Origin: a virus | Lineage: Duplodnaviria > Caudoviricetes | Strand: one strand, 5' to 3' | DNA: 24,132 nucleotides | IMG/VR virus record: IMGVR_UViG_3300020044_003683 | Location: 1-24,132 of that record | In this document: positions 8,570 through 16,290 of the stretch, piece by piece | How positions within the stretch are numbered: the stretch's first letter is position 1 | Layout of the letters: the number at the start of each line of letters is the position of its first letter | Made by a program: the position numbers and the translations under genes | Notes under the pieces: model-generated | Seen by the model: only the letters and a program-made list of their open reading frames with translations | Told to the model about the DNA's origin: nothing | Database searches by the model: none

Positions 8570-10902
8570 TGGCTGAAAAGGAAATCAAATTTAGGGTAAC
8601 CCTAGAGAACGGCGAACAGATCGAAAAAACAGCCAAGTCGCTGGACGATCTAGCGGAAGCTCAGAGACAGACCCAAGCTGCACTTAATAAAACCACTATT
8701 GGTACTGATGACTACAAGAAACTTAGTGGTGAGTTAAAAAACATTGACAAGTCTATGGCTTCTGCCAAAACCAGTACAATGGGATTTGGCGAAAAGATTG
8801 GAGCACTAGGTGGACCGATTGGTGGAGCAGTTAATGGATTCATGGGTCTAGCTAAATCTGCATTAGCATTTTTAGCAACTCCGATTGGTGCAGTGGTTGG
8901 TGCATTGGGTGTTGTATTCGCAGCAGTTACTAAAGCAATTAAGAGTAACGAAGCTGCAATGGATGCTTTGACAAAGATCACTGACATCTTTAGTGGAATT
9001 GTCCAACCCTTATTTGATTTCCTAGCAAACATTGCTACTGCAGTTTTGGAAGGGGTTGCTAATGGTCTTGCAGCAGTTGCAGACTTCTTTGGATTGGCAG
9101 GTTCAGAAGCAGCTAAATTCTCAGAGCAATTAGACAACCAACAAGACATAGAAAAAGATCTAGCAGTTTCTAGAGCACAGACCAATAAACAACTTGCAGA
9201 AGCAAGAGAAATTTTATCTGACTCGAATGCAACCTATGCGGAAAGAACTGCAGCCTTAAAAAAAGTACAAGCAGCAGAACAAGAACAATCTGCAAAAGAG
9301 GTAGCAAACAAAAAAGAACTACTTCGATTAGCAGAAGAACAATTAAAAATAGATGGAGCATCCGAAGAGAACATTCAGAAGATCAGGGATGCTAAGATTG
9401 CTCTTGCCCAAGTGGAACAAGATTCTGCAGCTAAGCAAAGACTATTTAATAAGCAACAAAAATCTTTAGATAAAGAAGCAGCAGATGCTGAAAAGGAAAA
9501 ACAAAAGGAAGCTGAGGCTGCTGCTAAAGAAGCTGCTGCTAAAAGGAAGGCCGCTGCAGATAAAGCAGCTGCTGAAGCTAAGGCTCGTAGAGATGCTGCT
9601 TTAGCATTACAAAAAGAAGGTTTAAAAGCAGAACAAAAAGCTATAGACGATGCTTATTTACTTTCTATTGCTGATCAAGACGTTAGAGCACAGGAAGCAT
9701 TAAAGATCCAACAACGCAATCAAGATGCTGAACTCCAAGTTAAGATCGATGGTCTTGAAAAGATCAAGAAGAGAACTAAAGAGGAAAACGATGCTCTTGC
9801 AGCATTAAAAGCCCAACAATCAGCGGAAGACATTGCACAACAAAAGACTCTAGACGAATTGTTAGCTAAACAACAAGCTGACAAACTTAAAGCAAAGAAA
9901 GATGCTGATCAGAAAGCTGCTGATGACTTTAAAAAACTAACCGATGAGGAATATGCAGCAACAGTTAAATCCACAGATGATTACTACAAGCAATTAACCA
10001 CTGCTTTAATCAATTCTAATTTAACTCAAGAGGAATTACAAAAGCAATCGGCTGACTTAGAATTACAACGTCTTGAACAACAAAAATTAAATGCCCAAGA
10101 TTATGGGTTATCAATAATTGATATTGAACAGCAAATTGCTCTTAAGAAAAAAGAGATTGCTGATGCTGAAGATGCAGCGCAGAAAGAAAGGAATGCAACC
10201 AGAATGGAGCAATTCCAAGGAATTATGCAAACTGCAACTGCAGTCACTGGTGCCGTTCAAGCAATCCAAGAAGCACAAATGGCTAGGGAACTCCAAGCAG
10301 CCGGAGATAACCAAGCCAAACAAGAAGAGATTAAAAAGAAGTACTTTGAAAAGAATAAGAAAGTACAAATTGCTAATGCTATTATCGGAACCATTCAAGG
10401 TGCTGTACAAGCATTTACATCCTTAGCATCTATTCCAGTTGTTGGTCCTGTACTTGGTGGAATTGCTGCTGCAGCTGCTTTAGTTACTGGTTATGCAAAC
10501 GTTGCAAAAATTAAAGCCACCCAATACGAAGGTAGCGGTGGAGGAGGTGGATCCGGTGGTGGAGGAGGCGAGGCACCCCCGCCAGCTCCAGTTAGCAACA
10601 CTTATGCAGATGGTGGTTACATTAGTGGGCCTGGAACAAGTAAAAGTGATTCCATCCCAGCTAGACTATCTAATGGAGAATCAGTAATCAATGCTAATAG
10701 TACTGCACAATTTGGAGGACTACTTTCTATGATTAACCAAGCAGGTGGTGGTAAAGCATTTGCAGCAGGTGGAGTTGCTACTAACAATCCAGTTGGACAA
10801 TCAACTATGACCACACCAATTATTAAGACCTACGTGGTTGCCTCTGATATGACAACACAGCAAGAAGCAGATGCGAAAATTAAAAGACTTGCACAACTAT
10901 AA
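8569..10902 (+). CDS. Tail tape measure protein
   Basis: 777 aa; long Ala/Lys/Glu/Gln coiled coil, two hydrophobic Gly/Ala segments, and C-terminal YADGGYISGPGTSKSDSIPARLSNGESVINA typical of tape measure proteins. Confidence 0.88.
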   Translation: MAEKEIKFRVTLENGEQIEKTAKSLDDLAEAQRQTQAALNKTTIGTDDYKKLSGELKNIDKSMASAKTSTMGFGEKIGALGGPIGGAVNGFMGLAKSALAFLATPIGAVVGALGVVFAAVTKAIKSNEAAMDALTKITDIFSGIVQPLFDFLANIATAVLEGVANGLAAVADFFGLAGSEAAKFSEQLDNQQDIEKDLAVSRAQTNKQLAEAREILSDSNATYAERTAALKKVQAAEQEQSAKEVANKKELLRLAEEQLKIDGASEENIQKIRDAKIALAQVEQDSAAKQRLFNKQQKSLDKEAADAEKEKQKEAEAAAKEAAAKRKAAADKAAAEAKARRDAALALQKEGLKAEQKAIDDAYLLSIADQDVRAQEALKIQQRNQDAELQVKIDGLEKIKKRTKEENDALAALKAQQSAEDIAQQKTLDELLAKQQADKLKAKKDADQKAADDFKKLTDEEYAATVKSTDDYYKQLTTALINSNLTQEELQKQSADLELQRLEQQKLNAQDYGLSIIDIEQQIALKKKEIADAEDAAQKERNATRMEQFQGIMQTATAVTGAVQAIQEAQMARELQAAGDNQAKQEEIKKKYFEKNKKVQIANAIIGTIQGAVQAFTSLASIPVVGPVLGGIAAAAALVTGYANVAKIKATQYEGSGGGGGSGGGGGEAPPPAPVSNTYADGGYISGPGTSKSDSIPARLSNGESVINANSTAQFGGLLSMINQAGGGKAFAAGGVATNNPVGQSTMTTPIIKTYVVASDMTTQQEADAKIKRLAQL

Positions 10903-10908
10903 ATAATA

Positions 10909-10916
10909 CATACTTA
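10909..10916 (+). promoter_or_regulatory. CATACTTA intergenic motif
   Basis: Exact 8-mer 5 nt before ATG 10922. Confidence 0.6.
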
Positions 10917-10921
10917 TCAAT

Positions 10922-12817
10922 ATGGAAAGAAAAGTAATTGACCTAGAAGTAATTGACGAATTGAAAGATTCTGGTGTAGATGCCATTGCTCTAGTAGACG
11001 AACCAGCGATAGAAAAAACCTGGTTGTATTTCAAAAAAGAAAACTTCGTAGAACCAAAAGCTGGTGAAGGTGAATCCCAATATATGGGTCGTTGCATTTC
11101 TTATGTGATGGGTGAAGGTAAAGAACAAGATCAAGCAGTTGCTCAGTGTATATCTATGTGGGATCAAAACCATTCTGCAGAAGGATTTTCTTATGATGTG
11201 TTTGCAGATTATCCTTGGGACGAGTGCATTCAAGATCGTTTAGACGAAGGTAAGAACCAAGAAGCTGCTAACAATATTTGTGGTTGGATCAAAGCAAACA
11301 TGAGCATTGAATTAGCTAAGGTTTCTTTTGACTTTGACGATACTTTGAGCACTAAAGAAGGTTTATCCCTTGCAGAAGCAAAAAAGGCTAATGGTGACAC
11401 GCTATACATCATCAGCGCAAGAAATACAGTAGGTCAAGATATGCTCGATCGTGCAAAAGAGTTAGGAATCCCAGAATCAAGAGTATTTGCCACTGGATCT
11501 AACAAAGCTAAAGTGGAAAAGATTAGATCTTTAGGTATTGACAAACACATTGACAACAATCAAGATGTAATCAACGAGATTCCTGGTATTGGTCAGAAAT
11601 TCGAAGTTAATGTGGCTTCACTTCCTGCATACACAGAACAAGTTAAAGGACCACTTAAGAAAAAAGCTATTGACTTAGAGAAAGTCTTAGAATATGCTAA
11701 GACTGTTGGATTCAGTGCAGAAGATTTTACAAACAATGGAATGGAATTTAACGCAATTCCAGAAGGATTCAATCTTGAATTAGCTAAGGGATACACAGTG
11801 TATAAGTATGAAGGTCCAATAGGTTCTAATAGTCGTGACTTCTGTGATCGTATGGTTAGTCTAAATAAGTTTTACACTTATGATGAAATTAGTGCCATGG
11901 GTAGTCAAGCAGTTAATCCCGGATTCGGTTTGGGTGGAGCAGATACCTATTCCATTTGGAAATACAAAGGTGGTCCCAACTGTCGTCATAGATTCCAAAA
12001 ATACTATGTCACTGCTGAAGGAACATTTCAGAATAAAGGTCCTGCTCCTGGAACAGCTGGTGAAAGACCTGAAGACATGCCTAATCAAGGTTATGCTAAC
12101 CCAAGACAAAAATTTACTGCTGAAGGTTTTAAAATAGGCGATACTGTTGCTTATGAAGGTGGCAAAGGTAAGATCAAAGAAATCACAATGAGATCTAAGA
12201 ATCTTCCAGGATCAGACATTCGTATGGAAGGCACACCAACTGATCCTAGTTACGTTGTAGAAGTTTATGAGCGTAAAGATGGTAAGTGGATTGGCACAGA
12301 AACTTACAAAGCATTTAAAGCAAAAGAACTTAAACCAGCAATAGAAATGTGGAGGGGTGTCTTCGCTGATGAAGAACAAAAAGTTGTAGTTGGACCGGTA
12401 GCAATACCAGATATGGAAATTGTTAGAAAAGACGATGATGGAGAACCTTACTGGGTTCGATTCAGCAAACAAGCAGTTGCTAAGATGGCTGAAAAGTTTA
12501 TGAGAGAGAAAAGACTTAGTGATACCAATATCCAACATATTGATTCTGCTGATGCTGGCTCTTATGTTTTTGAATCCTGGATCGTTGAAGATCCTACTTC
12601 AGACAAAGCAAACACAGTTTATGGTTTAGATGTTCCACAAGGAACATGGTGCGTTAAGATGAGAGTGACTAATCCACAAACTTGGGCACGAGTAAAAGCA
12701 GGTGAACTCCACGGTTTTTCCCTACAAGGGTCGTTCGTTACTCAAGAAGAATTTGATTCTTATATGAAAGACAAGAAAATGTTCGAAGACTTGGTTAAGT
12801 TAGTCAATTCCATCTAA
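10922..12817 (+). CDS. XkdF-like prohead maturation protease with inserted accessory domains
   Basis: N-terminal DAIALVDEPAIE; C-terminal core VVGPVAIPD, NIQH, FESW, GTW, VKAGELHGFSLQG; internal HAD-like (SFDFDDTL), RDFC...GGPNCRH and Tudor-like segments; upstream of scaffold and capsid. Confidence 0.8.
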   Translation: MERKVIDLEVIDELKDSGVDAIALVDEPAIEKTWLYFKKENFVEPKAGEGESQYMGRCISYVMGEGKEQDQAVAQCISMWDQNHSAEGFSYDVFADYPWDECIQDRLDEGKNQEAANNICGWIKANMSIELAKVSFDFDDTLSTKEGLSLAEAKKANGDTLYIISARNTVGQDMLDRAKELGIPESRVFATGSNKAKVEKIRSLGIDKHIDNNQDVINEIPGIGQKFEVNVASLPAYTEQVKGPLKKKAIDLEKVLEYAKTVGFSAEDFTNNGMEFNAIPEGFNLELAKGYTVYKYEGPIGSNSRDFCDRMVSLNKFYTYDEISAMGSQAVNPGFGLGGADTYSIWKYKGGPNCRHRFQKYYVTAEGTFQNKGPAPGTAGERPEDMPNQGYANPRQKFTAEGFKIGDTVAYEGGKGKIKEITMRSKNLPGSDIRMEGTPTDPSYVVEVYERKDGKWIGTETYKAFKAKELKPAIEMWRGVFADEEQKVVVGPVAIPDMEIVRKDDDGEPYWVRFSKQAVAKMAEKFMREKRLSDTNIQHIDSADAGSYVFESWIVEDPTSDKANTVYGLDVPQGTWCVKMRVTNPQTWARVKAGELHGFSLQGSFVTQEEFDSYMKDKKMFEDLVKLVNSI

Positions 12818-13270
12818 TGCTTTTAAATACGCTTGGTATGCTTCTTCTTCAGTGGGGAAGCTTCCAAGATGTTTAAGTTTACCATTAATTCAAATTCTTG
12901 CCCTCCATTTTTTATTTTGTGAATTCCAAAAAACCCCAGTATATTTAGATGTTCCTTTTTTATCTTTAGAACTGTTTTCTCTGTTTGTTATAAGTTGCAG
13001 ATTTTCTAATGAATTATCAAATCTTCGTTTATTATCACGATGATCAACTACAATTTTCATCCCGCAAGGAACGTGATCCAAGTAGGTTATTGCCATTAAA
13101 ATATGAATATTACAAGTTTTTTGTTTTCCGTTAGAATCTGTTAATGTAGTTCTAAAATAACCATTTCCATTTGGAGAGCCTTTAAGAATTCTACCAGTTT
13201 CAAAATTTTTAATTTCACCCGACTTGCTAATTCCATAATTAGGGAATCCGGGAATTTCTTTATAATCCAT
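12800..13270 (-). CDS. NUMOD4-HNH-AP2 homing endonuclease, 156 aa if the TGA at 12890-12892 is read through (126 aa, truncated, otherwise)
   Basis: NUMOD4-like YKEIPGFPNYGISKSGEIKN; HNH VVDHRDN...DNSLENLQLITNREN; AP2 SKYTGVFW...KWRARI*INGKLKHLGSFPTEEEAYQAY, ending at TAA (plus-strand 12800-12802). Confidence 0.85.
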
Positions 13271-13274
13271 TCTA

Positions 13275-13282
13275 CAAAACTA
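13275..13282 (-). promoter_or_regulatory. Bacteroidota-type -7 promoter element (TAnnTTTG) for the HNH gene
   Basis: Minus strand reads TAGTTTTG TAGA ATG; no well-spaced -33 TTTG found. Confidence 0.4.
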
Positions 13283-13307
13283 AGATAAATACAACAAAAA
13301 TAAAAAT

Positions 13308-13520
13308 ATGGGCTTTAACGTAAAATACTCCAAGATCCAACAAGATCAACTTTTAGTGGAATTGACTTGCTACAAAATCTGCTACGATCTACTAAAGGAC
13401 AAAGAATTTCCTACAGAAACAGAAAAAAGAATTGTAGAGAAAGCACTCGAAACGCTACCAAAATATGAAAAATACTTTTGGCTACCTGAAGAACTTAAAT
13501 TGGGAAATGTCAACCCTTAA
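13308..13520 (+). CDS. Hypothetical protein (70 aa)
   Basis: ATG after an A-rich leader, TAA stop, fills the gap between the HNH and scaffold genes; no recognisable motif. Confidence 0.6.
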   Translation: MGFNVKYSKIQQDQLLVELTCYKICYDLLKDKEFPTETEKRIVEKALETLPKYEKYFWLPEELKLGNVNP

Positions 13521-13534
13521 TATTGACATATTTA
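13507..13534 (+). promoter_or_regulatory. TGTCA-N14-CATATTTA motif overlapping a 7-bp inverted repeat, upstream of scaffold and capsid genes
   Basis: ATGTCAA(13507-13513)-N9-TTGACAT(13523-13529); CATATTTA at 13527-13534; same TGTCA spacing as at 15671-15697. Confidence 0.55.
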
Positions 13535-13556
13535 ATATCAAATATAACAACCTAAC

Positions 13557-14126
13557 ATGATCAAAGAAAAATTAAACCAAATTCGTTTGTTGCTTGGCAT
13601 GGAAGTAAAATTTGCTACCGAGTTACTCGTGGATGGCACTACTACTGTTGAGGCGGAAAAATTTGAGCCTGGATACGATGTTTTCATTGTAAACTCGGAC
13701 GGCACAAAATCCCCTGCACCTGGTGGTGAGCACGAAACAGCTAGTGGACTTTTACTTGAAGTAGACGAAGCTGGTAAAATTATGGAGGTATCAACTAAAG
13801 CTGAAGAAGCTGCACCTGCAGAAGCAGAAGTAGCAGTTGAAGCTGCAGCAATGCCTACTGAATTACCTGCTGAAACTCTTCCAACAGTAATGGAAGCTTT
13901 GCAAAAAGTAGTAATGGCTGTTGAGTCAATTTCTAAAGAAGTTGCTGACATCAAAACAGAAATGTCTACCATGAAGCAAAAAATGGAAAAATTTGCTGCT
14001 ACACCAGGCGGTAACAAAGTTCCTGCATCCACAAGATCAAATAACATGGATTTTGATCCTACGAACGCAAGAGTTGAAGCTCTACAAAATCTTATGAAAG
14101 ATAACTTCTTCAATTCTAAAAAATAA
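13557..14126 (+). CDS. Putative capsid scaffolding protein
   Basis: 189 aa, acidic; PAPGGEHETASG...LEVDEAGKIMEV, Glu/Ala linker, C-terminal coiled coil; immediately upstream of the capsid gene. Confidence 0.7.
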   Translation: MIKEKLNQIRLLLGMEVKFATELLVDGTTTVEAEKFEPGYDVFIVNSDGTKSPAPGGEHETASGLLLEVDEAGKIMEVSTKAEEAAPAEAEVAVEAAAMPTELPAETLPTVMEALQKVVMAVESISKEVADIKTEMSTMKQKMEKFAATPGGNKVPASTRSNNMDFDPTNARVEALQNLMKDNFFNSKK

Positions 14127-14147
14127 AAACAATATAAATTTACAAAA

Positions 14148-15029
14148 ATGGCTTTTGACGTATCAACCCTCAATTCCTTTACCCTCGAAGATAGTGGCAT
14201 TTTGCTACAAAAATCAATCTTGGGTGCAGACTTAATGAACTACTTAGATGTTCGTCCAGGTTATCCTGAAGCATCAGTAGCAATCAACATCTTAGATGTT
14301 ACTCCAGACTTTAACACTGCTTCTTGCGGTTGGTCTGATGACGGATCAGTTGACTTCACTCAAGTGACCGTAAACAACGGTACAAAATCTTGGAAAACTT
14401 CTCTTTGCTTGGAAGATCTAAGAAGCGTATGGTTATCTACTCAATTGGCTGCTTCAGCTTACGGAGAGACTCTTCCATTCGAAACTGTTATCGAAAACCA
14501 AATGACTAAAGCAACTAAAAAAGTTGCTGAAACTGTTATCGCTTCAGAATTGATTTCTCAAGTTACTACAGGTAACGGCGCTGCTGCTGGACCAACTGGA
14601 GCTTGGACTTCTTCTAACGCTTATGACAGAGCAATTGCTATGTTGGATGCACTTCCACAAAACGTTGCTGATCGTGACGACTTGTTAATGATCATGTCTT
14701 ACGCTAACTTCCGTTACTTACAAACTTCAATCGTTGGTAAGAACTTGTTCCACTATTCAACTGGTGAAACAACTGGAGCTGGTCCTGGTCAATCTATTAT
14801 CATCCCTGGCACAAACGTAAGAGCAGTACCTTCCGCAGGTTGGGGAACTTCTAACCGCGTAATCGTTGGACCATCTAAACACATCATCGTTACATGTGGT
14901 TTAACTACTGACACTGACAACATGCAAGCATGGTGGTCACGTGACAACCAAGAATTCAGAATGATTTCTAAATTCACAATGGGTGCTGGTACAATCGTTG
15001 AAGAATTTGTTTCTAACGATTTATCATAA
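14148..15029 (+). CDS. Major capsid protein
   Basis: 293 aa after protease and scaffold; SCGW...FTQVTV, LCLEDL...W and AMLDALP patterns; codon choice typical of high expression; followed by a terminator. Confidence 0.8.
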   Translation: MAFDVSTLNSFTLEDSGILLQKSILGADLMNYLDVRPGYPEASVAINILDVTPDFNTASCGWSDDGSVDFTQVTVNNGTKSWKTSLCLEDLRSVWLSTQLAASAYGETLPFETVIENQMTKATKKVAETVIASELISQVTTGNGAAAGPTGAWTSSNAYDRAIAMLDALPQNVADRDDLLMIMSYANFRYLQTSIVGKNLFHYSTGETTGAGPGQSIIIPGTNVRAVPSAGWGTSNRVIVGPSKHIIVTCGLTTDTDNMQAWWSRDNQEFRMISKFTMGAGTIVEEFVSNDLS

Positions 15030-15035
15030 TCAATT

Positions 15036-15070
15036 AAAAAGGGACTGAGATAGTCTTAGTCCCTTTTTTT
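15036..15070 (+). terminator. Intrinsic terminator after the major capsid gene
   Basis: AAAAA GGGACTGAGA tag TCTTAGTCCC TTTTTTT: 10-bp stem with one G-U pair followed by T7. Confidence 0.88.
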
Positions 15071-15097
15071 AAAACAATAAAAATATAACAAAAAAAC

Positions 15098-15622
15098 ATG
15101 GCTTGTAACATCACATCCGCACTGGCTTTAGATTGTATCGATTCAATTGGTGGAGTAAAAACAGCTTATGTTGGGACTAATATTGTTTTCACATCTGAAA
15201 CCTACGATGGTGATAACATGATAACTGGAGCTACTGGTTCTGGTACTTTCTACCAATATGAGTTGGCAAAAAACACTGCGTCTTTCACTGAGACATTCAA
15301 TATCTCTAACGAGAACGGAACAGCATTTTACGAACAAGCACTTACATTCAATATCCAAAAACTTGGAGCAGAAAAAAGAAACGAACTTCTTTTGCTTTCA
15401 AGAAACAGAGACATCAAAATTATCTTCGAAGATAACAATGGTCTATTCTGGTTAGTTGGTATGACACGTGGTGCTGTAATCTCAGCTGGTTCTTCCGTAA
15501 CAGGTACTGCACCTGGCGACGCTAATCAATACGCATTGACAGCAACTGCTCAAGAGCCTGCAATGGCTTATCAAATTTCTAGTTTATCCGCTTTACACGG
15601 ATTTACAATTACTAATCCTTAA
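15098..15622 (+). CDS. Major tail tube protein (putative)
   Basis: 174 aa; MAC...DCIDSIGGVK, SFTETFNISNENGTAFYEQALTF, EDNNGLFWLVG, TGTAPGDANQY...AQEP; bounded by terminators, as expected for a high-copy virion protein. Confidence 0.72.
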   Translation: MACNITSALALDCIDSIGGVKTAYVGTNIVFTSETYDGDNMITGATGSGTFYQYELAKNTASFTETFNISNENGTAFYEQALTFNIQKLGAEKRNELLLLSRNRDIKIIFEDNNGLFWLVGMTRGAVISAGSSVTGTAPGDANQYALTATAQEPAMAYQISSLSALHGFTITNP

Positions 15623-15640
15623 TTCTGTAAGGATTTTTCG

Positions 15641-15669
15641 AAAGGCTGGGGTATTCTCCAGCCTTTTTT
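15641..15669 (+). terminator. Intrinsic terminator after the tail tube gene
   Basis: AAAGGCTGGGG tatt CTCCAGCCTTT TTT: stem with one G-U pair running into T6. Confidence 0.85.
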
Positions 15670-15670
15670 A

Positions 15671-15697
15671 TGTCAGTTAGATCCATTTCCATACTTA
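15671..15697 (+). promoter_or_regulatory. TGTCA-N14-CATACTTA candidate promoter directly after the terminator
   Basis: TGTCA 15671-15675, CATACTTA 15690-15697, ATG 15705. Confidence 0.65.
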
Positions 15698-15704
15698 ATC
15701 TTGT

Positions 15705-16271
15705 ATGATCAATCTGAAACAGAACGAGACTAATAGTTTTATCATCTATGCTGATACTATTAGCAATGATATTAACACATACGGTGACTATTTCTTAGTT
15801 GGATTCATAAATGGATTTACAAAGTATTGGACATACGTAGTTCCTAATGTCTTAAGACGCAACAAGAGATTTGTTGAATTAGAAATCGAACTTGTTAACG
15901 ATCCTTCTGGTGAGGATCCACTAAATGGTAAAGTCTACCTAAATCCTATTGGAAATTACGATTACAAAGTCTGGAACATGGACAATCCCGATTTGGATCC
16001 TGCAACAGGAAATCAGATCGATCAAGGTCAAATGGTCTTGACCAGTCTTTTGTGTTCTGAAGTTGAATTAGACTCATATATAAGCGATAATGAGACATTA
16101 CAAGCTATAGTATATGCTTCAGCATCAGACACGCTTAAAAACGTTCTTACATACACTAGCAACAACGAAACATTACAAGCAGTAGTTTACTATACTGGAT
16201 GTGCTAATATCTTTTGGAACACAACTCCGAAGTTTTGGAATCTTGATTCAGATAAATGGAATAATGCTTAA
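15705..16271 (+). CDS. Hypothetical virion protein with an internal duplication and a Trp-repeat C-terminus
   Basis: 188 aa; SYISDNETLQAIVY / TYTSNNETLQAVVY; ends FWNTTPKFWNLDSDKWNNA. Confidence 0.7.
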   Translation: MINLKQNETNSFIIYADTISNDINTYGDYFLVGFINGFTKYWTYVVPNVLRRNKRFVELEIELVNDPSGEDPLNGKVYLNPIGNYDYKVWNMDNPDLDPATGNQIDQGQMVLTSLLCSEVELDSYISDNETLQAIVYASASDTLKNVLTYTSNNETLQAVVYYTGCANIFWNTTPKFWNLDSDKWNNA

Positions 16272-16290
16272 AAAAATCTACTAAACTATA

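Noticed and set aside
10898-10905. T4-type late promoter TATAAATA
   Set aside because: Only instance noticed; it overlaps a stop codon in AT-rich sequence, and the adjacent CATACTTA motif is what recurs.
13473-13480. TAnnTTTG (TACTTTTG) upstream of the scaffold gene
   Set aside because: Lies inside ORF 13308-13520 with no properly spaced -33 element; plausible by chance.
13523-13548. Sigma70 promoter TTGACA...TATAAC
   Set aside because: The spacer is only 14 nt, and the TTGACA is explained as one arm of the inverted repeat.
13538-14200. 220-aa antisense ORF over the scaffold gene, and similar antisense ORFs such as 8712-9185
   Set aside because: They mirror well-supported plus-strand genes, have no recognisable motifs and are expected from codon bias.
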